From: an uncultured Acidobacteriaceae bacterium
GTDB lineage: Bacteria > Acidobacteriota > Terriglobia > Terriglobales > Acidobacteriaceae
Reading direction: 5' to 3'
Length of the DNA: 64,000 nucleotides
Assembly: GCA_963844785.1 (NCBI GenBank)
Contig: CAWJPV010000004.1
Coordinates: forward strand, 191,534 to 255,533
A program made the translations under genes and the position numbers. The notes beneath the pieces are model-generated. The model made no database searches. It was not told where the DNA came from and saw only the letters and a program-made list of their open reading frames with translations. This document shows positions 40,352-50,082 of the stretch, piece after piece; within the stretch, counting starts at the first letter, position 1; each line of letters opens with the position of its first letter.

Positions 40352-40681
40352 CTAGGCCTTTTCGCCGTAGGTGAATCCATTGACCTCGATGCTGTTGATG
40401 CGGACCGCGGTGAAGGCTTGGCGGTGCCCCTGCAGCTTCTTATATTGCTTCTTGCGCTTGAAGTGGAAGACCAGGATCTTGTCCCCGCGTCCTTCGCTGA
40501 CCACGGTGCCCAGCACCTTCCCCTCAGGGGTCCCGACGATAGGCGATGACCCGTCGGAGAAGGCCAGCACGTTCCTGAACTCAACCGCATTGCCGACTTC
40601 GGCCGCGACCTTTTCAATACGAACCACGTCGCCCGGAGCAACGCGATACTGCTTACCACCTGTGCGGATCACCGCGTACAT
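40352..40681 (-). CDS. rplU: 50S ribosomal protein L21
   Basis: In-frame ATG at 40681 (MYAVIRTGGKQYRV...) preceded by AGGAGG. Confidence 0.95.
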   Translation of the reverse strand: MYAVIRTGGKQYRVAPGDVVRIEKVAAEVGNAVEFRNVLAFSDGSSPIVGTPEGKVLGTVVSEGRGDKILVFHFKRKKQYKKLQGHRQAFTAVRINSIEVNGFTYGEKA

Positions 40682-40804
40682 AAAACCTCCTAACGCCATG
40701 CCGGCGTCATAAACTTGCTGGGCAGATACTGGATTGCTGGATGTGCTCAAACCCAAGGGAATGCGGGTGAGCAAATCGCCCCAAGAGGCCATGTCGGCGC
40801 ACCA

Positions 40805-42217
40805 TTACTCTGGGCGCGACGCAGACTTAGTCCCAAACTCTTCAATCTTACGTTTCCCAGCGCTTTTGGTCAATTCAGCGGATTGAAAAAGGTACACCCC
40901 GAGAACCACCATCAACGGCTCCAGCGGATGGCGAAAACGGGCGTGTACAGTGACCAGGTAATAGACCAGGGGCAATAGCAGGAAGGCCCAGGCCATCAGT
41001 CCGGCGCCGGGAACCTTGCGCCACAAGGCCAGGGCCAATCCGAGCAGGCCGCACACGCTGCCGAAGACAAAATTGAAGCCGCGCGCGTACTCCACCCAGG
41101 GAAGCGCATTCTCAGGATGGGGAACCCCAGCCCAGAAAAAGTACACCCGCTTGAATGAATCGCGAACAAAGTTGCCGGGATCGGCGCGCATCACTGCCAG
41201 GGCTTTCTCTCCGCGCATCTTGGCATAGGCGATTTCACCCATGCGGGCGTAAAGGCGGAGTTGGTCGGGTGCCTGGATGGGGTGGTCGTACTCCATCAAC
41301 AACCCGTTCGCGCCTGGTCCATTGCCCATATACAGTTCGGCGCCGAAGTTTCCCCGCGCGGGGACGAAGTGGTGAAAGACCTGCCAGTTCCTCCATACCC
41401 AGGGTCCAAAGCAGGCGGTAAAGAGCAAGGCCGCCAGCAGGACTCCGCCGGCCTGCCGGCGCCAATCAGGCGCTCCGGCCAGAACCCAGAGCCCGCAAGC
41501 CGGCAACAAGATCAGCATCGCCGGATTGCTGAGGCCGGTCAGGCCCCAAACCAGCCCGAAGAGGGCCCAGTTGGATACGGTCATACCGGGGGCTGCTTTG
41601 GTGCTGTCGGGGGACCGCATGCGCAGCGCTATCACCAGTGCCCAGGACAGCAGGAAGGTGGTTAGCGACGTCTCCCAGACCCAACGAACCGCATATTGCA
41701 TCGCGGCCGGGTAGAGGGCCCAGATCCAGGCCGACCACAGGGCCACCTTGCGGTTGAAGCAGCGCGCCCCGATCTCCCAGACCAAGCGGGCGGTAAGAGC
41801 GGAAAAGAGGCTATTGAGGGTGAAGATGATCCACGCCGATTGGGCGGTAAAGACCCCGAAAAGCTTGAAGACGCCGCCCAAAAGCAGGGGAAAGAGCGGT
41901 CCCACCCATGCAGTCGGGCCGGTGTGCCCGCGAAAGGGGTCGGCGAAGCCGTATCCGGTGGCCAGCGCGCGAGCGATGCGTCCCATCTCCTGGCCAAACG
42001 GCAGGTGGTCGTCGAAGGTCTTGATGCGGTAAGTGTGGGCCAGGGTGATGTAGAGCACGCGCACAACGAAGGCGGCCCAAAAGACCAGCCACGGCGCCTG
42101 GAATGGATCCCCGGCAGTTGTCGTCGGCTGCTCGATGCGGCTATACTGTACTTTCGCTGGTATGGTGCGTGTACCTGTCCTGTGATTTAGACGCTGTCGC
42201 CCTCTTCGATAGCGCAT
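40805..42217 (-). CDS. Polytopic membrane glycosyltransferase (family 39 / ArnT-PMT-like)
   Basis: 470-aa ORF with many TMs. N-terminal region resembles PMT_2-type glycosyltransferases. Assignment from memory. Confidence 0.6.
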   Translation of the reverse strand: MRYRRGRQRLNHRTGTRTIPAKVQYSRIEQPTTTAGDPFQAPWLVFWAAFVVRVLYITLAHTYRIKTFDDHLPFGQEMGRIARALATGYGFADPFRGHTGPTAWVGPLFPLLLGGVFKLFGVFTAQSAWIIFTLNSLFSALTARLVWEIGARCFNRKVALWSAWIWALYPAAMQYAVRWVWETSLTTFLLSWALVIALRMRSPDSTKAAPGMTVSNWALFGLVWGLTGLSNPAMLILLPACGLWVLAGAPDWRRQAGGVLLAALLFTACFGPWVWRNWQVFHHFVPARGNFGAELYMGNGPGANGLLMEYDHPIQAPDQLRLYARMGEIAYAKMRGEKALAVMRADPGNFVRDSFKRVYFFWAGVPHPENALPWVEYARGFNFVFGSVCGLLGLALALWRKVPGAGLMAWAFLLLPLVYYLVTVHARFRHPLEPLMVVLGVYLFQSAELTKSAGKRKIEEFGTKSASRPE

Positions 42218-42273
42218 TTACAGAGTACGACTGCCGCCTGTTTCTGCGAAAAGCATAAGTGATGGAGTTTGTC

Positions 42274-42465
42274 ATGGCTCAGATTTGCACCATCTGCGGC
42301 AAAGGCCCGCAGTTCGGTAACAAGATTTCGCATGCGCACAATGTCTCCAAGCGCCGTTGGAACGTCAATCTTCGCCCGGTAAAGGCTGAGGTTGCGGGCG
42401 GCCACAAGCGCATTCGCGTTTGCACCCGCTGCATCAAGGCCGGCAAAGTCGTCAAAGCCGGATAG
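42274..42465 (+). CDS. rpmB: 50S ribosomal protein L28
   Basis: ATG at 42274. MAQICTICGKGPQFGNKISHAHNVSKRRWNVNL... Confidence 0.9.
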   Translation: MAQICTICGKGPQFGNKISHAHNVSKRRWNVNLRPVKAEVAGGHKRIRVCTRCIKAGKVVKAG

Positions 42466-42468
42466 CGG

Positions 42469-42894
42469 TTACTCCTTTTCCCCAGCATCTTTGGGCTCGA
42501 AACCAAGCGACAAGGAATTGATACAGTAGCGCAGGCCTGCGGGCCCTGGACTATCTGGGAAGACGTGTCCCAGGTGGGCTCCGCAGCGCGCGCACGTAAC
42601 TTCCGTTCGCATCATCCCGTAGGTTTTATCCTCGTGTAAATTCACCGCCGCGGCATTGGACGGCACCGAAAAACTGGGCCAGCCGGTCCCGGATTCGAAC
42701 TTGGCGTCGGAGCTGAACAGCTCAGCCCCGCAGGCTCCGCAGCGATAGGTTCCGTCGGCGTGGTTGCGGTAGAGTTTGCCGGAGAATGCCGGCTCTGTCC
42801 CCTTTTGCCGCATCACGTAATACTGTTCCGGGGTGAGTTCGGCGCGCCACTCTGCGTCTGTCTTCTCAACCTTTTCGACTTGCGCTTTCTCCAT
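42469..42894 (-). CDS. msrB: Peptide-methionine (R)-S-oxide reductase
   Basis: Two CxxC pairs and the catalytic RYCINS motif. Start overlaps the ridA stop (TGATG). Confidence 0.9.
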   Translation of the reverse strand: MEKAQVEKVEKTDAEWRAELTPEQYYVMRQKGTEPAFSGKLYRNHADGTYRCGACGAELFSSDAKFESGTGWPSFSVPSNAAAVNLHEDKTYGMMRTEVTCARCGAHLGHVFPDSPGPAGLRYCINSLSLGFEPKDAGEKE

Positions 42895-43301
42895 CAGCTT
42901 GCTCCTTGTTGTGCAATCACTTCAATTTCCACCAGGGCGTCTTTGGGTAGTCTGGCCACTTCCACGGTGGACCGCGCCGGGGCCACCACGCCGGCGGGCG
43001 CCAGGTAGCGGGCATAGATCTCGTTCATGGCCGCAAAATCGCCCATGCTTTTGAGAAAGACGGTGGTCTTTATGACGTGGTGCAGGCTGCTGCCGGCCTC
43101 GGCCAGGACGGCCTTCAGGTTCTCCAGGACGCGAACGGTCTGCTCTTTTACTCCGCCTTCGACCAATTGCCCGGTTTTCGGATCGAGGGCCACCTGACCG
43201 GAGGTGTAAACCAGATTCCCGATTATCACTGCCTGGGAATAAGGGCCGATGGCCGACGGGGCGTCTTCTGCTGAAACCTGTAATTTGTCGAGAATACTCA
43301 T
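42894..43301 (-). CDS. ridA: RidA/YjgF family reactive-intermediate deaminase
   Basis: In-frame ATG at 43301 (MSILDKL...). [49 protein letters not shown]. Confidence 0.9.
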   Translation of the reverse strand: MSILDKLQVSAEDAPSAIGPYSQAVIIGNLVYTSGQVALDPKTGQLVEGGVKEQTVRVLENLKAVLAEAGSSLHHVIKTTVFLKSMGDFAAMNEIYARYLAPAGVVAPARSTVEVARLPKDALVEIEVIAQQGAS

Positions 43302-43380
43302 GCCGTGATTCTCGCCGCCCAGGGCTTGAGGACGCAAATCAGCAGCAAAAGAGTCTGCGAGAGAACCGGAAGAGAAACAC

Positions 43381-43522
43381 AGCAGGTCCCTCCACTACGC
43401 TTCGCTCCGGTCGGAATGACAATTCTGTGGGACCATTAACAGCCATTCGTCTGACCGCGTTCAGGGCCATTTCAACAGAATTGTCATCCCGACCGGAGCG
43501 AAGCGTAGTGGAGGGACCTGCT
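43381..43522. repeat. 142-nt near-perfect palindrome made of two inverted family-D units (48-nt arms, 47/48 complementary, 46-nt spacer)
   Basis: Left arm 43381-43428 versus right arm 43475-43522. One mismatch (GGAATGAC vs GGGATGAC). Located between the ridA start and the relA stop. Confidence 0.9.
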
Positions 43523-43542
43523 GTTTCTTTTTCCCTCTATCG

Positions 43543-45792
43543 CTAGACCTTATGCGCGCGTTGCACGTCGCGCACGCCCGGCAAGCGCCGCAGGCCACTC
43601 ACGATCCGTGTGAGGTGCCGCATGTCTTCAGCTTCCAACACAAATTCGACAATCGCCTCCGAGTCACCGGTCGACTTGGTATCGACCCCGCGGATGTTGG
43701 TGCCATCGTCACTGATGACCGCCGTCATTTCCTTCAACATGCCGGCGCGATCGTCGCAGAACACGGTCAGCTTTACCGGGTAGGTCATCTTACGGCCGGC
43801 GTTCTCCTCCACCATCCGCGCCCACTCCACGGAAATCCGCCGGTCGCTCTCGTACAACAGATTTTGCACATTGGGGCAGCTCCGCGCGTGTACCGCGACG
43901 CCCTTGCCCCGGGTTACATACCCTACGATCTCTTCGCCGCGAATCGGATTGCAACATCGCGCGCGGTAGACCAGCAAATCATCCTGGCCTTCCACCTGCA
44001 ACGAGTCGGAGCCGTGCATATGGACGCGCCTGACCGCGTCCGACATAGCGCCGCCGGCGGCGTCCTTGCCCGGCTCTACCTCGAGGCCGGTCTGCGCAGT
44101 CACCCCCGGAGCGAGCTTGTTCAGCACCTGGCGCGAGGAGTATTTGCCGAAGCCGATAGCCGCCATCAGGTCGCTGGCCGTTGCCAGGCCACACTCGCTG
44201 GCTGCCCGGGCGTAGTCCGTGTCCGTGAGCTTGCTGAGGGACACCTTGTACTTGCGCGCTTCCCGGTCGAGCAGCTTCTTGCCGATTTCCACCGCGCGCT
44301 CGCGCTGGTGCTCATTGAGCCAATGCTTGATCTTGTTACGCGCCCGCGAGCTCTTGGCGAAGGTGAGCCAATCGCGGCTTGGGGTGTGGCCGTTCTGGGT
44401 AACCACTTCCACGATGTCGCCGTTGTGCAGCTTGGTGCGTAGCTGCGCCATCCTGCCGTTGACCTTGGCTCCCACGCAGGTATTGCCCACCTCGGTATGG
44501 ATGGAATAGGCGAAGTCAATCGGCGTCGCATCCTTGGGCAGTACAACCACCTTGCCTTTGGGGGTAAAGGTGTAAACCTCTTCCGGGTAAAGATCGATCT
44601 TCAGAGTGGAGAGAAACTCGTTGGGATCGGTCATCTCCCGCTGCCACTCGACCAGCTGCCGGACCCAGGCCAGCCGTTGCTCATCGCGCGCGTTGGTGGG
44701 CGAGCCGGCCGCTTTATATTTCCAGTGCGCCGCGATCCCCTCTTCCGCGATGCGGTGCATTTCTTCGGTCCGGATCTGGACCTCGAACTGATGCCCGCCC
44801 TCGCCCATCACCGTGGTGTGCAGCGATTGATACAGATTGGGCCGGGGCATGGCGATAAAGTCCTTGATGCGACCCGGCACCGGGCGCCAGATGGAGTGGA
44901 TCAGGCCAAAGGCCGCATAGCAGTCTTGTACCGTGGCGGTGATCACGCGGACAGCCAGCAGGTCATAAACCTGGTCGACCGTTATCTTTTGTTTTTGCAG
45001 CTTCTGATAAATGCTGTAGAGCCGCTTGATGCGCCATTCCACGCGCGCCTTGATGTTGTTTTCGCGCAGCCGTTCGTTGAGCAGGGATTCGACCGAGTTG
45101 AGAAACTGCTCATCCTCATCGCGCGCCGCATCCACCGCGCTCTTCACTTGTCCATAGCCGAAGGGGTCGACGTAGCGGAAGGCCAGATCTTCCAACTCAC
45201 CGCGCACTTTGCCCATACCCAGGCGATGGGCCAGGGGAGCGTAGATGTCCAGTGTTTCCCGGGCGATCGATTCCTGCCGTTCGGGTGGCAGGTGCTGCAG
45301 CGTCCGCATGTTATGCAGCCGGTCCGCCATCTTGATCAAGACCACGCGCACGTCGCTGACCATGGCCAGCAACATCTTGCGCACATTCTCCGCCTGGCGG
45401 TCTTCGCGGTTGGCGAACTGGATCTTGTCGATCTTGGTCACGCCCTCGACGATGTGCGCAACCTGCTCCCCGAATTGTTCTGTGATGTCTTCTGTGGTGA
45501 CGGGGGTATCTTCGACGGCGTCGTGCAGCAGCCCGGCTGCGATGGCGGTGGAGTCCAGCTTCATCTCCGCCAGAACCTGGGCTACCTCGAGGGGATGCAA
45601 CACATACGGCTCCCCGGAAGCCCGCAGCTGCCCGCTGTGGTGCTGTACACAGAACTCCCATGCTCTGCGAATGATGCCGATGTCGTCGCTCGGCCGATTC
45701 TTGCCGATGGTCGCGAGCAGCTCGGCAAACTTCGCCGTCAGGATGTCCGGTTCCGCGGAAGGTTCAAGTGGCGTAGAGTGCACAGTCGCCAT
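43543..45792 (-). CDS. relA: Bifunctional (p)ppGpp synthetase/hydrolase (RelA/SpoT homologue)
   Basis: 749-aa ORF. HD domain (HPLEVAQVLA...HDAVEDT), synthetase domain, TGS and ACT regions. Confidence 0.95.
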   Translation of the reverse strand: MATVHSTPLEPSAEPDILTAKFAELLATIGKNRPSDDIGIIRRAWEFCVQHHSGQLRASGEPYVLHPLEVAQVLAEMKLDSTAIAAGLLHDAVEDTPVTTEDITEQFGEQVAHIVEGVTKIDKIQFANREDRQAENVRKMLLAMVSDVRVVLIKMADRLHNMRTLQHLPPERQESIARETLDIYAPLAHRLGMGKVRGELEDLAFRYVDPFGYGQVKSAVDAARDEDEQFLNSVESLLNERLRENNIKARVEWRIKRLYSIYQKLQKQKITVDQVYDLLAVRVITATVQDCYAAFGLIHSIWRPVPGRIKDFIAMPRPNLYQSLHTTVMGEGGHQFEVQIRTEEMHRIAEEGIAAHWKYKAAGSPTNARDEQRLAWVRQLVEWQREMTDPNEFLSTLKIDLYPEEVYTFTPKGKVVVLPKDATPIDFAYSIHTEVGNTCVGAKVNGRMAQLRTKLHNGDIVEVVTQNGHTPSRDWLTFAKSSRARNKIKHWLNEHQRERAVEIGKKLLDREARKYKVSLSKLTDTDYARAASECGLATASDLMAAIGFGKYSSRQVLNKLAPGVTAQTGLEVEPGKDAAGGAMSDAVRRVHMHGSDSLQVEGQDDLLVYRARCCNPIRGEEIVGYVTRGKGVAVHARSCPNVQNLLYESDRRISVEWARMVEENAGRKMTYPVKLTVFCDDRAGMLKEMTAVISDDGTNIRGVDTKSTGDSEAIVEFVLEAEDMRHLTRIVSGLRRLPGVRDVQRAHKV

Positions 45793-45944
45793 ACCTGATT
45801 ATAGGCTGCTTGCTAAGCAATTTCACTTGTGGTGTGTACAAGCGACGGCTTCCCGCGTGCCTTATGGATCTCGTGCGAAGATGATTTGTGTCCCGTGAAC
45901 CATTTTCGCTTCTGGTGTATACGGAGGAAAGAAGGCCGGCGCGG

Positions 45945-45961
45945 CTTTTCCTCAAGAAAAG
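45945..45961. repeat. Second copy of the CTTTTCCTCAAGAAAAG hairpin motif
   Basis: Same loop CCTCAAG and T/A stem as 19534-19558. Lies in the relA/rlmI divergent intergenic region. Confidence 0.5.
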
Positions 45962-46002
45962 ACGCACTTCGCTAAACTTACCTGTGCAGCGTAGAAGCGA
46001 AA

Positions 46003-47232
46003 ATGAATGAACCAATCTCTGCGCCTGTCGGCAAGGCGGCGGTCACCACCATCTCCCGCCGGGCTGCGGACCGCCTGCGTGCCGGGCACCTCTGGGTCTA
46101 TCGCTCCGATATTGAGCACTTGGTGGAGACAGAAGCGGGTCTGATCGCGGTGGCGGACCATCGCGGCTTTCCCCTGGGCACCGCGCTGTGGAGCCCAAGC
46201 TCGCAGATTGCGCTGCGCATGGTGACCTCTGACCCTCACCTGACGCATGAGGGCTGGTTGGCGCTGCTTGACCAGCGCCTGCGCTACGCCATCCAGCAAC
46301 GCCAGGACATGCTGGAGGAGGGCACCGATGCCTGCCGTCTGGTCTTTAGTGAAGCCGATGAGCTTCCTGGCCTGATCGTCGACCGCTACGGGGACCTGAT
46401 CCTTTTCGAGATCCTCGCCAAGGCGCTGGATCGGGATGAGGTGCGTGCGGTCATTGTCGAGGTCCTCAAATCCGAACTGGACCCAGCCACCATCGTGGAG
46501 CGGTCCGATGCCCGCATCCGGGAGCTGGAGCAGCTCAGCCAGCCGTCGGAGGCGCCGCTCTATACCGCCGAGCCGATAGCCCAACTGACCACCATCTTTC
46601 ACCTCAACGGGCTAGCCTTCCATTACGACGCCAACGCGGGGCAGAAGACGGGAGCGTTCCTCGACCAGCGCCTCAACTATGCCGCCGCGTCGCGCTATGC
46701 CCGGGGCGAGGCCCTCGATGTCTGCACCTATCAGGGCGGTTTCGCATTGCACCTGGCCCGATCCTGTTCCCGGGTAACCGGCGTGGACGCCTCCCGTGCC
46801 GCGCTGGAGGTGGCGGAGGAGAACCTGGAAGTCAACCGTCACCGTATCCAGGGCTCGGTGGAATGGATAGAGGCCAATGCATTCGACCTACTGCGCGACT
46901 GGAGCACAGCGGGCAACACCTTCGACACGGTGGTGCTTGATCCACCCGCTTTTGCCAAGTCCAAGCGCGCCGTGGCTGGCGCTCTGCGGGGATACAAAGA
47001 GCTCAACTTGCGCGCCCTGAAGATGTTGCGCCCGGGGGGCACGTTGGTGACCTGCTCCTGCTCCCACCATGTCTCCTGGGACGAATTTCACGGGGTGGTG
47101 GCGGCAGCGGCCGGTGATGCGCAACGCCGCGTTCGTCTACTAGAGCGCCGAGGAGCCGCTCCTGACCACCCAGTCGTGCTGAATATCCCGGAGACCGAGT
47201 ATCTGAAGTGCCTGATCCTGCAGGTCGACTAG
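46003..47232 (+). CDS. Class I SAM-dependent rRNA methyltransferase (RlmI/RlmK-like, PUA-containing)
   Basis: 409-aa ORF. GHLWVYRSDI N-terminal PUA-like region. DPPAFAKSK and GGTLVTCSCSHH motifs. Confidence 0.85.
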   Translation: MNEPISAPVGKAAVTTISRRAADRLRAGHLWVYRSDIEHLVETEAGLIAVADHRGFPLGTALWSPSSQIALRMVTSDPHLTHEGWLALLDQRLRYAIQQRQDMLEEGTDACRLVFSEADELPGLIVDRYGDLILFEILAKALDRDEVRAVIVEVLKSELDPATIVERSDARIRELEQLSQPSEAPLYTAEPIAQLTTIFHLNGLAFHYDANAGQKTGAFLDQRLNYAAASRYARGEALDVCTYQGGFALHLARSCSRVTGVDASRAALEVAEENLEVNRHRIQGSVEWIEANAFDLLRDWSTAGNTFDTVVLDPPAFAKSKRAVAGALRGYKELNLRALKMLRPGGTLVTCSCSHHVSWDEFHGVVAAAAGDAQRRVRLLERRGAAPDHPVVLNIPETEYLKCLILQVD

Positions 47233-47237
47233 TTCCA

Positions 47238-47490
47238 CAGTGAAGGGTACGGGCTTTAGCCCGTACATAAAGGCAACAACAGAGGGCTTTAGCCCCTGAG
47301 GGCAGCTTAATCACCGACATATCCCTCAGCGGCTAAAGCCGAATTCATTCCAAAGTATTTATGTACGGGCTGAAGCCCATACCCTTCACGGCCTAAAAGG
47401 CCGTACCCTTCAGGGAAATGAGTTTTTTTCCGTAGCCGTGAAGCCCAGATAGCTCCGGCGAATTTATGTATGGGCTAAAAAGCCCCGATC
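47238..47490. repeat. Cluster of family-C REP units arranged as a composite palindrome
   Basis: 47238-47302 (GTGAAGGGTACGGGCTTTAGCCCGTACATAAA ... GGGCTTTAGCCCCTGAGGG) is mirrored by 47323-47389 (CCCTCAGCGGCTAAAGCCG ... TTTATGTACGGGCTGAAGCCCATACCCTTCAC). Further partial units extend to about 47490. Confidence 0.85.
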
Positions 47491-47513
47491 CTTAACCCCT
47501 AGAATAAAGATTC

Positions 47514-48293
47514 ATGGCACTTGGACCTCATTGGCAACACGCCTGGCTGGTCATCGCCTCTTTTCTCGCCGGCGCCCTGAATGCCATGGCGGGCGGCGGC
47601 TCGTTTCTGTCATTTCCGGCGCTCCTCGGGGTGGGCGTTCCGCCCATCCAGGCAAACGCCACTAACACCGTTGCCCTCTGGCCCGGCCAGTTCACTTCGA
47701 TCGCTGCGTATTGGCAAGACCTGAAGGCCAATCTGCGGCTGGTACTCCCCGTCTGTTCCGCCGCCCTGCTAGGCGGAGTAACCGGGGCCATCATTCTGCT
47801 GCACACCGGCCAAGCCACGTTTATGGCGTTGGTGCCCTGGCTGTTGCTGCTCGCCTCCGGGCTCTTTGCCGTCAGCGGCCCTGTCTCCAGTTGGCTGCAG
47901 CGCCGGCGTGATACTCACACCGGCGTCAGCCCCAGCCTCGTCCCGTTGTGGATCGGGGTGGTGGTGGTCTGCTTTTACATCGGCTATTTCGGCGCCGGCG
48001 CGGGCTTTTTGCTGATGTCCGTCCTGTCCGTCTTTGGCATCCAGAACATCAACCAGGTCAATGCGTTGAAGGTGATCGCGACCACCACGGCGAACGGCAT
48101 TGCCGTGGTCACCTTCATTGTGGAGAAGCAGATTCTCTGGAAGTACTGCCTGCTGATGATGATCGCCGCCGCCCTCGGCGGTTATCTGGGAGCCCGGTAT
48201 GCGCGCCGCATGCATCCCCATCACATGCGCTTGCTGGTGGTACTGATCGGCCTGGGAATGGCTGCGTACTTCTTCTGGAAGCAGTATTCTTGA
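47514..48293 (+). CDS. TauE/SafE family membrane transporter (sulfite exporter-like)
   Basis: 259-aa polytopic ORF. GALNAMAGGGSFLSFP-type N-terminal motif. Confidence 0.8.
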   Translation: MALGPHWQHAWLVIASFLAGALNAMAGGGSFLSFPALLGVGVPPIQANATNTVALWPGQFTSIAAYWQDLKANLRLVLPVCSAALLGGVTGAIILLHTGQATFMALVPWLLLLASGLFAVSGPVSSWLQRRRDTHTGVSPSLVPLWIGVVVVCFYIGYFGAGAGFLLMSVLSVFGIQNINQVNALKVIATTTANGIAVVTFIVEKQILWKYCLLMMIAAALGGYLGARYARRMHPHHMRLLVVLIGLGMAAYFFWKQYS

Positions 48294-48305
48294 ACTGAGA
48301 CTGTC

Positions 48306-48740
48306 ATGAGCCACGAGGGCATCCGATTTATCAGCGACGAAGAAGCCCACAGGGTGGCGCAGGAGACCCCTTTACCCCGCGAGGCCACCGACCCCGCCCG
48401 GGTCCGGGTGCAGAAGACAACCGGCACGGGCATGGAGATCGACTGGAAAGACGGCCACCAAAGCAGCTGGAACTTCACCTGGCTGCGCAACGCCTGCCCT
48501 TGCGCCACCTGCCATGAGGAGCGCGGAGCAACCGGCCGCAAGCCGGGCGAGCCCAAGCCGCAGCCGCCCACCTTATTGCAGATGTACAAAGCACCGGCAA
48601 GACCGGACTCGGTTTCCCCCGTCGGGCGCTACGCCATCAGCTTTCGCTGGAACGATGGACACCAGAGCGGGATCTATTCCTGGGATTACCTGCGCCGCAG
48701 TTGCCAGTGCGACCTGTGCCGGGCAGCCACGCCCCGCTGA
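48306..48740 (+). CDS. DUF971 domain protein (gamma-butyrobetaine hydroxylase-like N-terminal domain)
   Basis: Two repeats of the W-x-DGH-x-S/G-x-Y/W motif with Cys clusters (CPCATC; CQCDLC). Confidence 0.7.
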   Translation: MSHEGIRFISDEEAHRVAQETPLPREATDPARVRVQKTTGTGMEIDWKDGHQSSWNFTWLRNACPCATCHEERGATGRKPGEPKPQPPTLLQMYKAPARPDSVSPVGRYAISFRWNDGHQSGIYSWDYLRRSCQCDLCRAATPR

Positions 48741-48869
48741 ACAAGAAACGCACACAAGTGACCCCAAATTTCACAGCCACCGTCGTTTAGGCGTGACTGT
48801 AATCTGAGGGTGGATAAAAGTGATCCAAGAGAGTGAGCAAACTTGCCCAGCGACCTGGAAATTCAGAGC

Positions 48870-50078
48870 ATGAAAGAATCCCCATTCGTTGATGATCCGG
48901 TCGCGCGAACTAAGAGCGAAACCACCGGGATCCTGCCCTTCCAGGCAATCCAGGCATTGATCGATGGCGGATCGATAATCGCCCCCAATCCTGATGGCAA
49001 CCAGATCCAACCGGCGAGTATCGACCTGCGATTGGGAAGAAAGGCCTTCCAGATCGCGGCTAGCTTTTTGCCCGGCCACTCGTCCATCGAAGGCAAGATC
49101 AGAGACCTGCTCATCCGCGAGATAGATCTGGAGGATTCCGCAGTTCTCGAACCGCGCTCCGTCTTCCTCGTGCCTCTGATGGAAAGCCTGCGCTTGCCTG
49201 CGGATGTGTCAGGAGTTGCCAATCCCAAAAGCACCACCGGCCGTCTGGACGTCTTCACCAGGCTGATCACTGAACCGGGAATTGAATTCGAGCGTGTCCC
49301 CAAGGGCTACCAGGGGGCTCTTTATCTGGAAATCGTCTCCCGTACTTTTCCTATCCGGGTCAGGACCGGGATGAAGTTGAATCAACTCCGTCTGTTGCGT
49401 GGAAGGCCGCAGGCCACCGACGGCAAATTAGTCCGGCTGGCGGAAAAAGAGCAGCTGACCTTCGACGCGGATAGCAGCCCCATCGACCCAAGAATAGACC
49501 GCGGGCTCAGTGTTTCGGTGGACCTGGTGGGCACCGGCTCCAACATCATTGCTTACCGGGCAAAGAAGACCAGGCATGCCATCGATCTAGGCAAAGTCAA
49601 CGCGTATGACATCGGAGAATTTTGGGAAGTGATTCCCCGATCCAAGTCCAAAGATCTGACCTTGCAAGCCGGAGATTTCTACATCCTGGCCTCCCATGAA
49701 AGGATCCGTGTACCCCCGACGCATGCCGCGGAGATGGTTCCCTTCGACCCTTCCATCGGCGAATTCCGCATCCACTACGCCGGGTTCTTCGACCCGGGTT
49801 TCGGATACGGCGATCGAGGGGAGATTCCTGGCACCAAAGCCGTTCTGGAAGTGAGGGCGCACGAGGTGCCTATTCTTCTCGAGCATGGCCAACTGGTAGG
49901 AAAGCTGATTTATCACCAGATGGCGCAACTGCCGGAAAGGGTCTACGGGCGTTCGATCGGCTCCTCGTATCAACAGCAAGGTCTGGCGCTCAGCAAACAA
50001 TTCAGAGCCCTGCCATCCGCCGACCCGGAGCCCGCTTCTGGCTACGCGCCGATTTTATCTCCGCAGATGGCCGAGTAA
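48870..50078 (+). CDS. 2'-deoxycytidine 5'-triphosphate deaminase-like protein (long DCD form)
   Basis: In-frame ATG at 48870. IQPASIDLRLG and dUTPase-fold-like repeats. About 402 aa. Confidence 0.75.
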   Translation: MKESPFVDDPVARTKSETTGILPFQAIQALIDGGSIIAPNPDGNQIQPASIDLRLGRKAFQIAASFLPGHSSIEGKIRDLLIREIDLEDSAVLEPRSVFLVPLMESLRLPADVSGVANPKSTTGRLDVFTRLITEPGIEFERVPKGYQGALYLEIVSRTFPIRVRTGMKLNQLRLLRGRPQATDGKLVRLAEKEQLTFDADSSPIDPRIDRGLSVSVDLVGTGSNIIAYRAKKTRHAIDLGKVNAYDIGEFWEVIPRSKSKDLTLQAGDFYILASHERIRVPPTHAAEMVPFDPSIGEFRIHYAGFFDPGFGYGDRGEIPGTKAVLEVRAHEVPILLEHGQLVGKLIYHQMAQLPERVYGRSIGSSYQQQGLALSKQFRALPSADPEPASGYAPILSPQMAE

Positions 50079-50082
50079 AGTC

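Noticed and set aside
45952-46602. 216-aa minus-strand ORF opposite the rRNA methyltransferase gene, and 221-aa ORF 50182..50847 opposite the LOG gene.
   Set aside because: Both are shadow ORFs. The partner strands carry clear SAM-methyltransferase and LOG motifs.
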